A stretch of DNA of 64,000 nucleotides, taken from an uncultured virus (IMG/VR IMGVR_UViG_3300047319_000243). Its lineage: Duplodnaviria > Heunggongvirae > Uroviricota > Caudoviricetes. The DNA lies in the IMG/VR virus record IMGVR_UViG_3300047319_000243. The stretch is one strand, 5' to 3'. The notes beneath the pieces are model-generated. The model searched no databases. It had not been told where the DNA came from and saw nothing but the letters and a program-made list of their open reading frames with translations. Shown here piece after piece: positions 47,568 to 55,625 of this stretch (position 1 is its first letter; the number at the start of each line of letters is the position of its first letter). A program made the position numbers and the translations under genes.

Positions 47568-48011
47568 TTATCCCAAGTTGAGAATGATGTTGAAGCCAGT
47601 GCCCGCGCTCGTGTCCTCGGCTTTCTTATCGAGTCCAGCCCAGCGGACGGTATCGGCGATGATCTTCTGGCGCACCGCATCGCTCGTACCGGGGTTCTGC
47701 GCCATCTTGAAGGCGGTTTCCAGATACGCCTCGGCCTGCAGGCGCGCCTTCACCTTGAAGCTCATGCCCTCGACTTTCAGGGCCTCCACGGCGTCTTGAA
47801 ACGCCTTGATGAATACCGGGTGCTTCACCAGTTCCTCGAACTGGGCGTGGGTCAGCCCGTAGGCGGCGCAGATGTTCTGCGGCGAATCCACCTTCATCGC
47901 CAGTTCGTACGGCAGCATCGGCGGGAACCCCATATCGATAGGGTTGCGCATGTCGACGTCTGTCAGACCGGGCAGATTGGGGGTTGGCGGCAGCGCCAGC
48001 GGGTTGTCCAT
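47568..48011 (-). CDS. terS: Terminase small subunit (putative)
   Basis: First gene of the late operon; N-terminal HTH-like region; C-terminal FNIILNL tail. Confidence 0.65.
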   Translation of the reverse strand: MDNPLALPPTPNLPGLTDVDMRNPIDMGFPPMLPYELAMKVDSPQNICAAYGLTHAQFEELVKHPVFIKAFQDAVEALKVEGMSFKVKARLQAEAYLETAFKMAQNPGTSDAVRQKIIADTVRWAGLDKKAEDTSAGTGFNIILNLG

Positions 48012-48298
48012 TACGCGGGAATCCTAACTAATTTGCGCCAAGCATATAGCAACACGGCCCCGCCGGGAAGTGTAAGTAAGAGGAATTTTTGGGGTGAGGT
48101 TTTTCGGGGGCGCGCGGTGGGTGGCTTAGTTTCTCGTCTGAGTGTAACTAAGTGGTTTTTGGCCGGATTCTATATGCGGGGCCATGGACGCGCTACCCCC
48201 CGGGCGTGCCTGAAACCCCCCCGGGGGGTGTCCGCTGGGGGAAAAGAATTACTGCCCGGCGGCGCGCGTGGCGCACGGCGCGCGGGCGTCAGGGCCGT

Positions 48299-48327
48299 TT
48301 GATATACAACGTGTTGTCAGGTAAATT
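48299..48327 (+). promoter_or_regulatory. Sigma70-like promoter for the early region
   Basis: TTGATA-17-TAAATT with ACAACGTGTTGT in the spacer. Confidence 0.5.
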
Positions 48328-48608
48328 CGAAGCGTAGTAGATGTTTTGTCGTAAGCAGTAGCGCAGTCCTATACGGTGATTCGCACGGCACGCCTAGCAG
48401 CGGACCAATACGCGATAGCCTGCGGACTACGCTACGCCGCTTGCGATGTTTCAGGGTGCACGGATAGGACCGGATTCGTTCTAGGTCCAATGCGGTGCAC
48501 GGAACCGAGCGTTTAACGGTTCCGTGCATGACTGACATTCCGTGCATGCTTTACGTGCGCACGCATAGTGCGTGCGCACGCTCTCTAACAATTCGGGGAA
48601 TATCACTC

Positions 48609-49289
48609 ATGGCAAGCAAAACCATCGTTTCGTCTGGCGCGGCTGTTATCGTTTCCGCATGGCACTACGGCATTGCCGATGCTTTCCAAGCCACCCTAAA
48701 GGCTAAGGACAAGGCACTGGCAATGGTGCGCAAGCAATACAGCGAACGCCCGACGTTCGATCAATACAAGCTCGATCTCGCCGCGCTGCAGTCCATCGCG
48801 GAAGAGAAAGGGCGTTCGTATGAATGGCTTCGCAAGTGCTACGCGAGCGCCATTGTCGAACTGTTTGAAGAGTTGCCCGTATCTGCCGACCCTGAAGCAT
48901 TGCGCAAGCGTGCTGAACGTGCGGCGAAAAAGGCACAACAAAAGCAGGTGTTGATCGATACGGGTCTAACGCAAAAGCCGAAAGATTGGGTTGATGTAGA
49001 AGTACCGGCGCAAGCCAAAACCAAGTCTAAGGCAGGTGCGCCGAAGGGTCAGACGCAGGAACAACCCGTCAACTATCAGGAAGGCTTAGAACAGTTCCTG
49101 ACGCGGCATGACACGTTTGAAGTTCTCGACGCACTGGCGCGTATTCTGGCGTCAGACAAGCAAACCGAGCTAGAGGCCGCCGGTCTGGCCAGCATTGCAA
49201 GCAAGCTTAGGCAGTCCATCAAACCGCGCGAAGTGAAGCAAACCGCAAAACGCACCACGCAGAACAACGCGAAGCAAAACGCAGCGTGA
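48609..49289 (+). CDS. Hypothetical early protein
   Basis: GGGGA RBS before ATG 48609 (MASKTIV). Confidence 0.75.
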   Translation: MASKTIVSSGAAVIVSAWHYGIADAFQATLKAKDKALAMVRKQYSERPTFDQYKLDLAALQSIAEEKGRSYEWLRKCYASAIVELFEELPVSADPEALRKRAERAAKKAQQKQVLIDTGLTQKPKDWVDVEVPAQAKTKSKAGAPKGQTQEQPVNYQEGLEQFLTRHDTFEVLDALARILASDKQTELEAAGLASIASKLRQSIKPREVKQTAKRTTQNNAKQNAA

Positions 49290-49299
49290 AGTAACCCTC

Positions 49300-49328
49300 G
49301 GACAAACGGAGTTGCCCTCCGTTTGTCC
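49300..49328. repeat. 29-bp palindromic element, copy 2
   Basis: GGACAAACGGAG-ttgcc-CTCCGTTTGTCC. Confidence 0.95.
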
Positions 49329-49353
49329 CTCAACGAGTTGAAAGGAAAACGCC

Positions 49354-49428
49354 ATGGAAATTTATCAATTGTTGATCATCCTATTCGGACAAGTTCTAAC
49401 CATTCTGGTTATGGCTCTCATGCGGTGA
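49354..49428 (+). CDS. 24-aa hydrophobic peptide
   Basis: AAAGGA RBS; MEIYQLLIILFGQVLTILVMALMR; terminator downstream. Confidence 0.6.
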   Translation: MEIYQLLIILFGQVLTILVMALMR

Positions 49429-49449
49429 TATTCCCCATAGTTTCATCTC

Positions 49450-49480
49450 GCCCGCTAGGTCAAGCCTAGCGGGCTTTTTT
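49450..49480 (+). terminator. Rho-independent terminator
   Basis: GCCCGCTAGG-tcaag-CCTAGCGGGC-TTTTTT. Confidence 0.9.
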
Positions 49481-49510
49481 GCGTCTGTGTTATCCATCCA
49501 ACGTGTTGTG

Positions 49511-49539
49511 GGACAAACGGAGTTTGCCTCCGTTTGTCC
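49511..49539. repeat. 29-bp palindromic element, copy 3
   Basis: GGACAAACGGAG-tttgc-CTCCGTTTGTCC. Confidence 0.95.
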
Positions 49540-50122
49540 GCGCGTCTCTCCATACCGCCTCGACGGTATCCGGTCTCACTGCCTAGCCAATAGCCTGTAC
49601 TGTTGGTTATCGGTCTCCCTACGTTGTAACTAAGAGATTCGTCTGGCTACAAACTCGCTTAGTTACGCAATTCCCGGAATAGCGACACTGTAAGGAACTG
49701 TAAGTAACTATCGGTTATTCCGCTTAGCCAATACCGGCGGGCTTCTCCAGCCGGTCTCATAGTTGCGTTACATTTGCTGGTGTAACCAGAGCTTATTGGT
49801 GCCAGACTCCATGTCCTTGTTTCCATTGGGGAATTGGTATCCAATAATCTGCTAATAAACTCATTAAACTCAAAAAGCAGGGTGATTTAGGCGATGTATA
49901 AAGTCGAATCCGAAGAGGCAGAGGCAGTAATTCTGCATACAAACAATCATTGAGGTGGTGTTACTGCCTCCACCGAATTACGTTTTCCCTGTTTGCGCCT
50001 CCTATCTCCGAAAACCTGCTTTTTGCGCTTTTTGCGCTTTTTCCCTTATAAATCAAGGCCCGAAAATTCCCATAGTTTCACCAGTTTGCTTAGTGCCTGC
50101 TTTTTAGGCGGCATTTCGTGGC

Positions 50123-50260
50123 TACCACCTCATAATGTGTGGAGGTGGTAACGGGCATAGACTCGCTATTCGTGAGGCTGTAGATAACGGATTCGTGAGG
50201 CAGTGAATACGTATCCGTGAGGCAGTAGTCCTTACCACCTCATAATGTGTGGAGGTGGTA
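50123..50260. repeat. Two identical 28-bp self-inverted repeats enclosing three iteron-like repeats
   Basis: TACCACCTCATAATGTGTGGAGGTGGTA at 50123-50150 and 50233-50260; ATYCGTGAGGCWGT at 50168, 50191 and 50213. Confidence 0.9.
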
Positions 50261-50344
50261 GAGAGGCGTGAACAGGCGCTCGCTGAGGCTGTACTGCCTC
50301 ATTGGTTATGTGTATGCTTCGGTTTCCTAACCAATCACTGCCTC

Positions 50345-50373
50345 GGACATTCGGAGTTGGCCTCCGTTTGTCC
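50345..50373. repeat. 29-bp palindromic element, copy 4
   Basis: GGACATTCGGAG-ttggc-CTCCGTTTGTCC. Confidence 0.95.
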
Positions 50374-50401
50374 GGCGCGACAACACGTTACTGCCTCTAC
50401 G

Positions 50402-50953
50402 ATGGCCTCTGCTCTAGACCTGAAAGGAAAGAAGTTCGGTGATCTCCACGCGATCGAACGATACGAGAACGACGACGCCGGCCGATCGCAGTGGGTTTGC
50501 ATCTGCGACTGTGGCGGGGCGCATATCGCCCGTGGGTCGTATCTGGTCGAGGGGCGCACGACGCGCTGCTCGACGTGCGTGAGAGCCGATGGCATTCGCA
50601 TCATCGTGTGGCACCACCTGTCTATCCACCGCTACGCAGACGGTGGCTTCGCCGATGGCTGTGCAGGCTTCTGTGAGGCGCTGCGCAACGGCAGCAGGGT
50701 GATCGAGCCGCTGTGGATCGATAAGGTGAGGCGCAAGCGCCATAGCCCGCCGATGCTGCTCGACACGCTGCGCAGGCTCGCCGCGGCGGGATACGTCAAG
50801 ACCAAGACGGACACCGCGTCGCTCACCTCATGGGCCAAGCGCAACGACCACAAGATCGAGTGGCACATCCACAACGAGGGCGACGCGGTGTGGGCAGCGT
50901 GGCACCAGCTGACAGGCGAGTGGCGCGGGCCGGCAGATCGCAAGCCCCAATAA
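50402..50953 (+). CDS. Protein with an N-terminal Cys-rich domain of the kind found in phage AP2/HNH-associated proteins
   Basis: DLKGKKFG.L...W.C.CDCG...L..G.T..C..C. Confidence 0.65.
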   Translation: MASALDLKGKKFGDLHAIERYENDDAGRSQWVCICDCGGAHIARGSYLVEGRTTRCSTCVRADGIRIIVWHHLSIHRYADGGFADGCAGFCEALRNGSRVIEPLWIDKVRRKRHSPPMLLDTLRRLAAAGYVKTKTDTASLTSWAKRNDHKIEWHIHNEGDAVWAAWHQLTGEWRGPADRKPQ

Positions 50954-51271
50954 CAGGTGATCGGGACACATCGCGTCTTGTCAATATTTGTCCCACGATT
51001 TACTCAAGTAATAGTTACATCCCCGTGCGCAGAAACTGCGCAAAAGCCTGTCAACCGAAAGCGAACTGCCGCGTTGCGCACACGTTTGCAATCTCGCAAG
51101 TGATTGATAGATAAGGCAAGACGGACTTGTAACTAAGCGTTAGAAAAGATTGCCAGAGGATTTACATCTTTTCAGATCTTTTTGTCTTGCGGTTCTTCAA
51201 TGCTCATTTCATAATGCAATCCACTGACCGGTTGGACAAGAAGCGAACACCCGGCAGCACAAATTACAGGC

Positions 51272-51300
51272 GGACAAACGGAGGCCGACTCCGTTTGTCC
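51272..51300. repeat. 29-bp palindromic element, copy 5
   Basis: GGACAAACGGAG-gccga-CTCCGTTTGTCC. Confidence 0.95.
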
Positions 51301-51336
51301 GGCACACAACGGCAGTACCCCACAAGGCGCACGGCA

Positions 51337-51657
51337 ATGAAAGTGGTGTTTAGCAAAGGCTTCCCGATCCCTAAAACCCGCTACGCTGGTATTGAGGACA
51401 TCGAAGCATTGGAGACAGAAGCGGAGAAGCGTTCGGTGATCGTGCAAGGCGTGCGCAACGTGCGCATGGTCGCCGGCAAGCTGACGCTGGAGTTTCACGA
51501 CCCGATCAACGCGTGCGTCGCGTGCACTGAACTCGGGTTCAAAGGCGCGGACAACGAGCGCACGGTTGATGTGCCGCTGCGCTATCGCGACGGCGTGCAT
51601 GCGGCGGCCGTGATCGGCAAGTATGCGTACAGCGACTACGAGATCAAGACGCGGTGA
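51337..51657 (+). CDS. Hypothetical protein
   Basis: ATG after repeat copy 5 (MKVVFSKG). Confidence 0.7.
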   Translation: MKVVFSKGFPIPKTRYAGIEDIEALETEAEKRSVIVQGVRNVRMVAGKLTLEFHDPINACVACTELGFKGADNERTVDVPLRYRDGVHAAAVIGKYAYSDYEIKTR

Positions 51658-51830
51658 TTGTGCGCAACAACGCGCGGTGGACGAGGCTCGCCACAGAGAC
51701 GCCGGGCAACGTGATGGTGACGTGTCGTGTGGGCTTCGACTTCAAGAGCGTGCGCACGGTGGCGGTGACGTATTGGCGCAGCAAACGCAACGGCAAGCGC
51801 TACTGCCACATATCACCGGGCAGGTACTGA
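51654..51830 (+). CDS. 58-aa basic hypothetical protein
   Basis: GTGA-coupled start; MIVRNNARWTRLATETPGNV... Confidence 0.5.
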   Translation: MIVRNNARWTRLATETPGNVMVTCRVGFDFKSVRTVAVTYWRSKRNGKRYCHISPGRY

Positions 51831-51866
51831 AGCCTTATCCCACAAGGGGTTGACCCACAAGACGAC

Positions 51867-51895
51867 TTGACAGTAATCCTAATTTGTGAGACAAT
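51867..51895 (+). promoter_or_regulatory. Sigma70 promoter
   Basis: TTGACA-17-GACAAT with an extended TGn before the -10. Confidence 0.65.
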
Positions 51896-51947
51896 ATAGG
51901 CGTTGGTGAAGGAAGGGCAGCAGTAGATGACAGGGCAGTAACGACGC

Positions 51948-51976
51948 GGACAATCGGAGGCCAACTCCGATTGTCC
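51948..51976. repeat. 29-bp palindromic element, copy 6
   Basis: GGACAATCGGAG-gccaa-CTCCGATTGTCC (symmetric variant). Confidence 0.95.
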
Positions 51977-52016
51977 GCTGTCACATCCAACGTGCAAAAC
52001 GCGGTACGCACGAGCC

Positions 52017-52045
52017 GGACAAACGGAGGGCAACTCCGAATGTCC
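52017..52045. repeat. 29-bp palindromic element, copy 7
   Basis: GGACAAACGGAG-ggcaa-CTCCGAATGTCC. Confidence 0.95.
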
Positions 52046-52074
52046 GAACACAAACGAGATAGAAGGAGCAGGAC

Positions 52075-52530
52075 ATGAACGAATCGATCTACATTGGGTC
52101 GTGGGACGATCTCAAGCTGTTCGGGATCAACGCGCTGACGGGTGAAGCGTGTGCATATGGGCGGCGTCTGCTGTGCGACGTGAACGAGGATGGCGCGGCG
52201 CTCATGCTCGACTATCTCGGCGTGACGATGCTGAGCAAGAACTGGAACAGCACGGTGGCAGGTAAGCCGGCGGTGGCCAGCGTCATGCTGCATCGCGACT
52301 CGTGCTTGCAGATCGCCGAGTTCGCATTGACGCGAGCGGGGGCGATCGCGATCCTGTATCGCAACGACGGCACCATGTCTGGCCTGTTCTCGCAGGAGTT
52401 GCTGAACAGCTATCAGCGCATGATGGCCGACAACGCGCCGGAAGGGTGGAAGCTGCTCACGCTGATTCGATCGAACGCGCCGCAGGAAGGCTCGCGCAAC
52501 GTGCACCAGTTCAGCGGCCGGAGCGTATGA
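52075..52530 (+). CDS. Hypothetical protein
   Basis: AAGGAG RBS; GINALTGEACAYG.RLLCD motif. Confidence 0.8.
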   Translation: MNESIYIGSWDDLKLFGINALTGEACAYGRRLLCDVNEDGAALMLDYLGVTMLSKNWNSTVAGKPAVASVMLHRDSCLQIAEFALTRAGAIAILYRNDGTMSGLFSQELLNSYQRMMADNAPEGWKLLTLIRSNAPQEGSRNVHQFSGRSV

Positions 52531-52533
52531 GCC

Positions 52534-52785
52534 ATGGTTGTCAGCAAGCGAGCACACGTGAACGTCGTGGCCGAGCGGCGCGATGCCGGCCAGCGCTACG
52601 TCTATCTGCAGATATCGAACGGCCTCACGTTCGAGTGGATACACGGGACGCAGGTTGTACGCACGAAGAAGTACCCGGAGCTTTCCAGTCCGATGCGAAC
52701 GCAGTTTGTAATCACGAAAGACAACCCGAGCATGCGCGACGTGAAAGACGCGTGCATGAACTACGCCAACGGCGTGCCGTACTAG
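52534..52785 (+). CDS. Hypothetical protein
   Basis: 83-aa ORF in operon. Confidence 0.65.
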   Translation: MVVSKRAHVNVVAERRDAGQRYVYLQISNGLTFEWIHGTQVVRTKKYPELSSPMRTQFVITKDNPSMRDVKDACMNYANGVPY

Positions 52786-52793
52786 GAGAGAGC

Positions 52794-52922
52794 ATGAGAA
52801 AGTTCGATGCGACCGAGTATCTGGACAGCGAGGAAATGATCGCTGCGTATGTGGAAGCAGCCCGCGAGACGGGCGACCCGGAACTGATCGCCGCCGTGCT
52901 GGCGGACGTGGCCAAGCAGTAA
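52794..52922 (+). CDS. 42-aa N-terminal fragment of an addiction-module antidote (HI1420/HigA-like) antitoxin
   Basis: AGGAGAG RBS; MRKFDATEYLDSEEMIAAYVEAARETGDPELIAAVLADVAKQ. Confidence 0.75.
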   Translation: MRKFDATEYLDSEEMIAAYVEAARETGDPELIAAVLADVAKQ

Positions 52923-52928
52923 CCAACC

Positions 52929-52957
52929 GGACAAACGGAGGCAGCCTCCGTTTGTCC
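52929..52957. repeat. 29-bp palindromic element, copy 8
   Basis: GGACAAACGGAG-gcagc-CTCCGTTTGTCC. Confidence 0.95.
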
Positions 52958-52986
52958 GAACATCAACGAGTGAAAAGGAGAGCAGC

Positions 52987-53592
52987 ATGAGCAAGCGTTA
53001 CCGTGATGCGTTCGCAATTCAGCAGGGCGCATGCAACCCCATCGCAATCGTCAACTCGCTGAAGTCTGCGATCGACGAACTGCGCGCCGAGAACGCAGGC
53101 ACCGACGAGATCAACGGCGACATGGCCGTGCGTGCGATGGTGCATCAGCTGGCGCACCTGACCAGCATCCAGTACTTCGATCAGACGGCATACGAGGCGA
53201 TGATGCAGCGCGTCGAGTCGGGCAAGGTGGCCGAGATCAAGGCACAGCAGGCGCTCAACGCACAGATCGACGCGGCTGTTGATGCCAATCTGCAACCCGT
53301 GTTCGGCAAGAAGGTGCCCGCTGGTTGGGACAAGATCGAAGCCGATACGCCTGTGTTCGTCAAGCGTGCGCTTGAGTCGTACCAGTACCTGCCCACGTAT
53401 GCGAAGGTGGCGATCGAACGGCTCGATGCAGATAGCACGTTGCGCCGGGGCCTCATGCTCGAAACGTTGCTTGAGTCGTACGCCAAGACGTACGGCATGG
53501 AGGTGGAAGATCACATCCGTGCGTCGGCGCATCACATCTGTCTGCGTCGCTTTCCCGACTACGCGCCGTTGATCGTCAAGAGCGAGGACTGA
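52987..53592 (+). CDS. Hypothetical protein
   Basis: AAGGAG RBS; 201 aa. Confidence 0.8.
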   Translation: MSKRYRDAFAIQQGACNPIAIVNSLKSAIDELRAENAGTDEINGDMAVRAMVHQLAHLTSIQYFDQTAYEAMMQRVESGKVAEIKAQQALNAQIDAAVDANLQPVFGKKVPAGWDKIEADTPVFVKRALESYQYLPTYAKVAIERLDADSTLRRGLMLETLLESYAKTYGMEVEDHIRASAHHICLRRFPDYAPLIVKSED

Positions 53593-53593
53593 C

Positions 53594-54169
53594 ATGAGCC
53601 GCGTCTTTGTGTATGCCCGTGTGTCGACGGTCGATCAGACGACTGACAACCAGCTGCGCGAGATCGAGGGCGCAGGGTTCAAGGTCGAGCCTCGCCGCAC
53701 TGTGGCCGAGAGCATATCGGGCAGCGTGGCAGCGAACGAGAGGCCCGGGTTCAGCAAGTTGATGGATAAGCTTGAGTCGGGCGACGTGCTCGTGGTGACG
53801 AAGCTTGACCGCCTCGGCCGCAATGCCATGGATGTGCGAGCAACCGTCACGGCGCTGGCCACGATGGGCGTGCGTGTGCATTGCTTGGCGTTGGGTGGCG
53901 TCGATCTCACTAGCCCCGCGGGCAAGATGACGATGGGCGTGATCGCATCGGTCGCTGAGTTCGAACGTGATCTGCTGATCGAGCGAACGAACGCAGGCTT
54001 AGACCGTGCACGTGCGCAAGGGGCCAAGTTCGGCCGACCGTCAGCGCTGAGTGCGACGCAGCAGGCTGAGGCACTGAAGCGGCTGAGCGCAGGCGAGAAC
54101 GTGTCGCAGCTGGCACGTGAGTACAAGACGAGCCGCACAACCATACAGCGGCTGAGAGATAAGCAGTAA
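53594..54169 (+). CDS. Small serine recombinase (resolvase/invertase family)
   Basis: YARVST catalytic Ser, KLDRLGR, AEFERDL..ERT..G, GRP, C-terminal HTH. Confidence 0.96.
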   Translation: MSRVFVYARVSTVDQTTDNQLREIEGAGFKVEPRRTVAESISGSVAANERPGFSKLMDKLESGDVLVVTKLDRLGRNAMDVRATVTALATMGVRVHCLALGGVDLTSPAGKMTMGVIASVAEFERDLLIERTNAGLDRARAQGAKFGRPSALSATQQAEALKRLSAGENVSQLAREYKTSRTTIQRLRDKQ

Positions 54170-54176
54170 CCAACCC

Positions 54177-54205
54177 GGACAAACGGAGGCCGACTCCGTT
54201 TGTCC
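54177..54205. repeat. 29-bp palindromic element, copy 9
   Basis: GGACAAACGGAG-gccga-CTCCGTTTGTCC. Confidence 0.95.
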
Positions 54206-54227
54206 ACCAACGAGTGGAGAGGAAAGC

Positions 54228-54638
54228 ATGAGCGCATGGGTATGTAGTGAGTTGCACATCAACACGCTGGCCACGTATCTCGCGGCGCGTGAGATCGAGG
54301 TCGAGTGGCAGGGTGGCACGTTCAAGTGCATCGAACAGCCGGCGAACGTGGCCAGCATCTTGATGACCGAGAACGTGAAGTCGGTGAACTATCGCTACGA
54401 CGAGAACGATATGCCGAGCATGACGTATGCACTGGCACACATCCCCGATCCGATCCCGATGTACAAGCTGATCGGCTGCTATACGTATCAGGCGTGTGAG
54501 CATCCGGGATGGGAGCAGTCACTTGCCAAGCTGTTGTGTGATGCGGGCGAGCACCACATCGAGGCGCAGCTGGGCAAGACGCAGGATCAGATTCAGAAAA
54601 CGCGTGACTGGAACGACGCACCTTGGGGGATTGACTAA
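54228..54638 (+). CDS. Conserved phage hypothetical protein
   Basis: EN.KSVNYRY...CY.YQACEH..W..S.A...W..APWG. Confidence 0.8.
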   Translation: MSAWVCSELHINTLATYLAAREIEVEWQGGTFKCIEQPANVASILMTENVKSVNYRYDENDMPSMTYALAHIPDPIPMYKLIGCYTYQACEHPGWEQSLAKLLCDAGEHHIEAQLGKTQDQIQKTRDWNDAPWGID

Positions 54639-54675
54639 TGAAAACCGACCGTAGTGCGTGCGTAGGGGGTGCGGC

Positions 54676-54870
54676 ATGAGCCAACAACCGGTATCGGATG
54701 GACTGGCCGGCGACATTGCCGACTTTCTCGTAGAACTATCGCTGTGCTATAGCCGCGATGGCGAGTTCAATCACTTCACCGCGCAGATCGGCACGGTGGA
54801 AATCCGCGAGAGAGCAATCGAACTGGCGAAGCAGTTGGGCGTCCAGTTCCCTGACGAGGACGAAGCATGA
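54676..54870 (+). CDS. Hypothetical protein
   Basis: GGGGG RBS; coupled to the next gene. Confidence 0.6.
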   Translation: MSQQPVSDGLAGDIADFLVELSLCYSRDGEFNHFTAQIGTVEIRERAIELAKQLGVQFPDEDEA

Positions 54871-55106
54871 GCACAAAGGTAAAGGTGGAACTGACGCCGC
54901 AGGGCGGCATCGATCTGGTCGAGGCGCACCTGAAGCATGAGCCGGAAGGCTTCTGGTTCAACGTCAATCAGGCTGGCCGCGTCGGCACGGGCAAGGCCGC
55001 TGAGTTGGAACTGAGCATCGGTGGTGCCGAACAGGGCACCTTCATCGTGCTGAATGCCGATGGTACGTGGAGGATGACGACAGAGGTCTACGTCGCAGTC
55101 AACTAA
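54867..55106 (+). CDS. Hypothetical protein
   Basis: ATGA coupling; GAGGA RBS. Confidence 0.7.
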   Translation: MSTKVKVELTPQGGIDLVEAHLKHEPEGFWFNVNQAGRVGTGKAAELELSIGGAEQGTFIVLNADGTWRMTTEVYVAVN

Positions 55107-55116
55107 GCAGTACCCC

Positions 55117-55145
55117 GGACAAACGGAGGCTGACTCCGTTTGTCC
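55117..55145. repeat. 29-bp palindromic element, copy 10
   Basis: GGACAAACGGAG-gctga-CTCCGTTTGTCC. Confidence 0.95.
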
Positions 55146-55169
55146 TCAACGTGTTGAAAGGAGAGTGCC

Positions 55170-55571
55170 ATGCAGTACAAGCTCAAGCATGACTGCCCGC
55201 GTTGCGAGGGCAAGAAGGTCCAGCTGTGCGGTGTCAACGAGGTGGCGTTCAAGGGCGTTACTGCCACGTTCGAGGGTGTTTGTGTAGCGTGCGGGATGTA
55301 CGTACATACACAGCGCCGGGCCGGCGTGGGCGTGATGCGCAGCTGGAGCGGCGACGGCCGCCTGCTCTACAAGTGGGTCTACAACGGCCGCATCACGAAG
55401 GTCAGCATCGCGGTGCCTTTCAGCATGATGCAGTACGGCGAGACGGAGTTCATGCTCGGCAACGTGAAGCTCAAGCTTATCCATCGCTTTCGCACCTTCA
55501 CCGGTCTGCTGCCCGAGTCGTGGCTAATTGACATCAGCGGCGAAGTCGTTGACGCGGTGGAAACCCTTTAG
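55170..55571 (+). CDS. Hypothetical protein with CxxC...CxxC zinc ribbon
   Basis: CPRC...CVAC; AAGGAG RBS. Confidence 0.75.
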   Translation: MQYKLKHDCPRCEGKKVQLCGVNEVAFKGVTATFEGVCVACGMYVHTQRRAGVGVMRSWSGDGRLLYKWVYNGRITKVSIAVPFSMMQYGETEFMLGNVKLKLIHRFRTFTGLLPESWLIDISGEVVDAVETL

Positions 55572-55584
55572 TTACAAGGGATTG

Positions 55585-55611
55585 TACAATATGTCAGTCA
55601 ATTCTGACTGA
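55585..55611 (+). promoter_or_regulatory. -10-like TACAAT followed by an operator-like palindrome
   Basis: TACAAT (55585-55590); TCAGTCA-attc-TGACTGA (55594-55611) directly before the AGGAGG RBS. Confidence 0.5.
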
Positions 55612-55625
55612 TAGGAGGTAAGAGA

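Noticed and set aside
48554..48580. N4-type virion RNA polymerase hairpin promoter
   Set aside because: The loop is TAG/CTA rather than GNA, and I saw no RNA polymerase motifs in the large virion protein.
52302..52793. 206-aa ORF 52302-52922 as one gene
   Set aside because: The upstream part overlaps two better genes; only the last 42 codons have an RBS and a recognisable family.
53594..54169. Phage integrase
   Set aside because: At 191 aa with a C-terminal HTH it is a small resolvase/invertase and lacks the recombinase and zinc-ribbon domains of large serine integrases.
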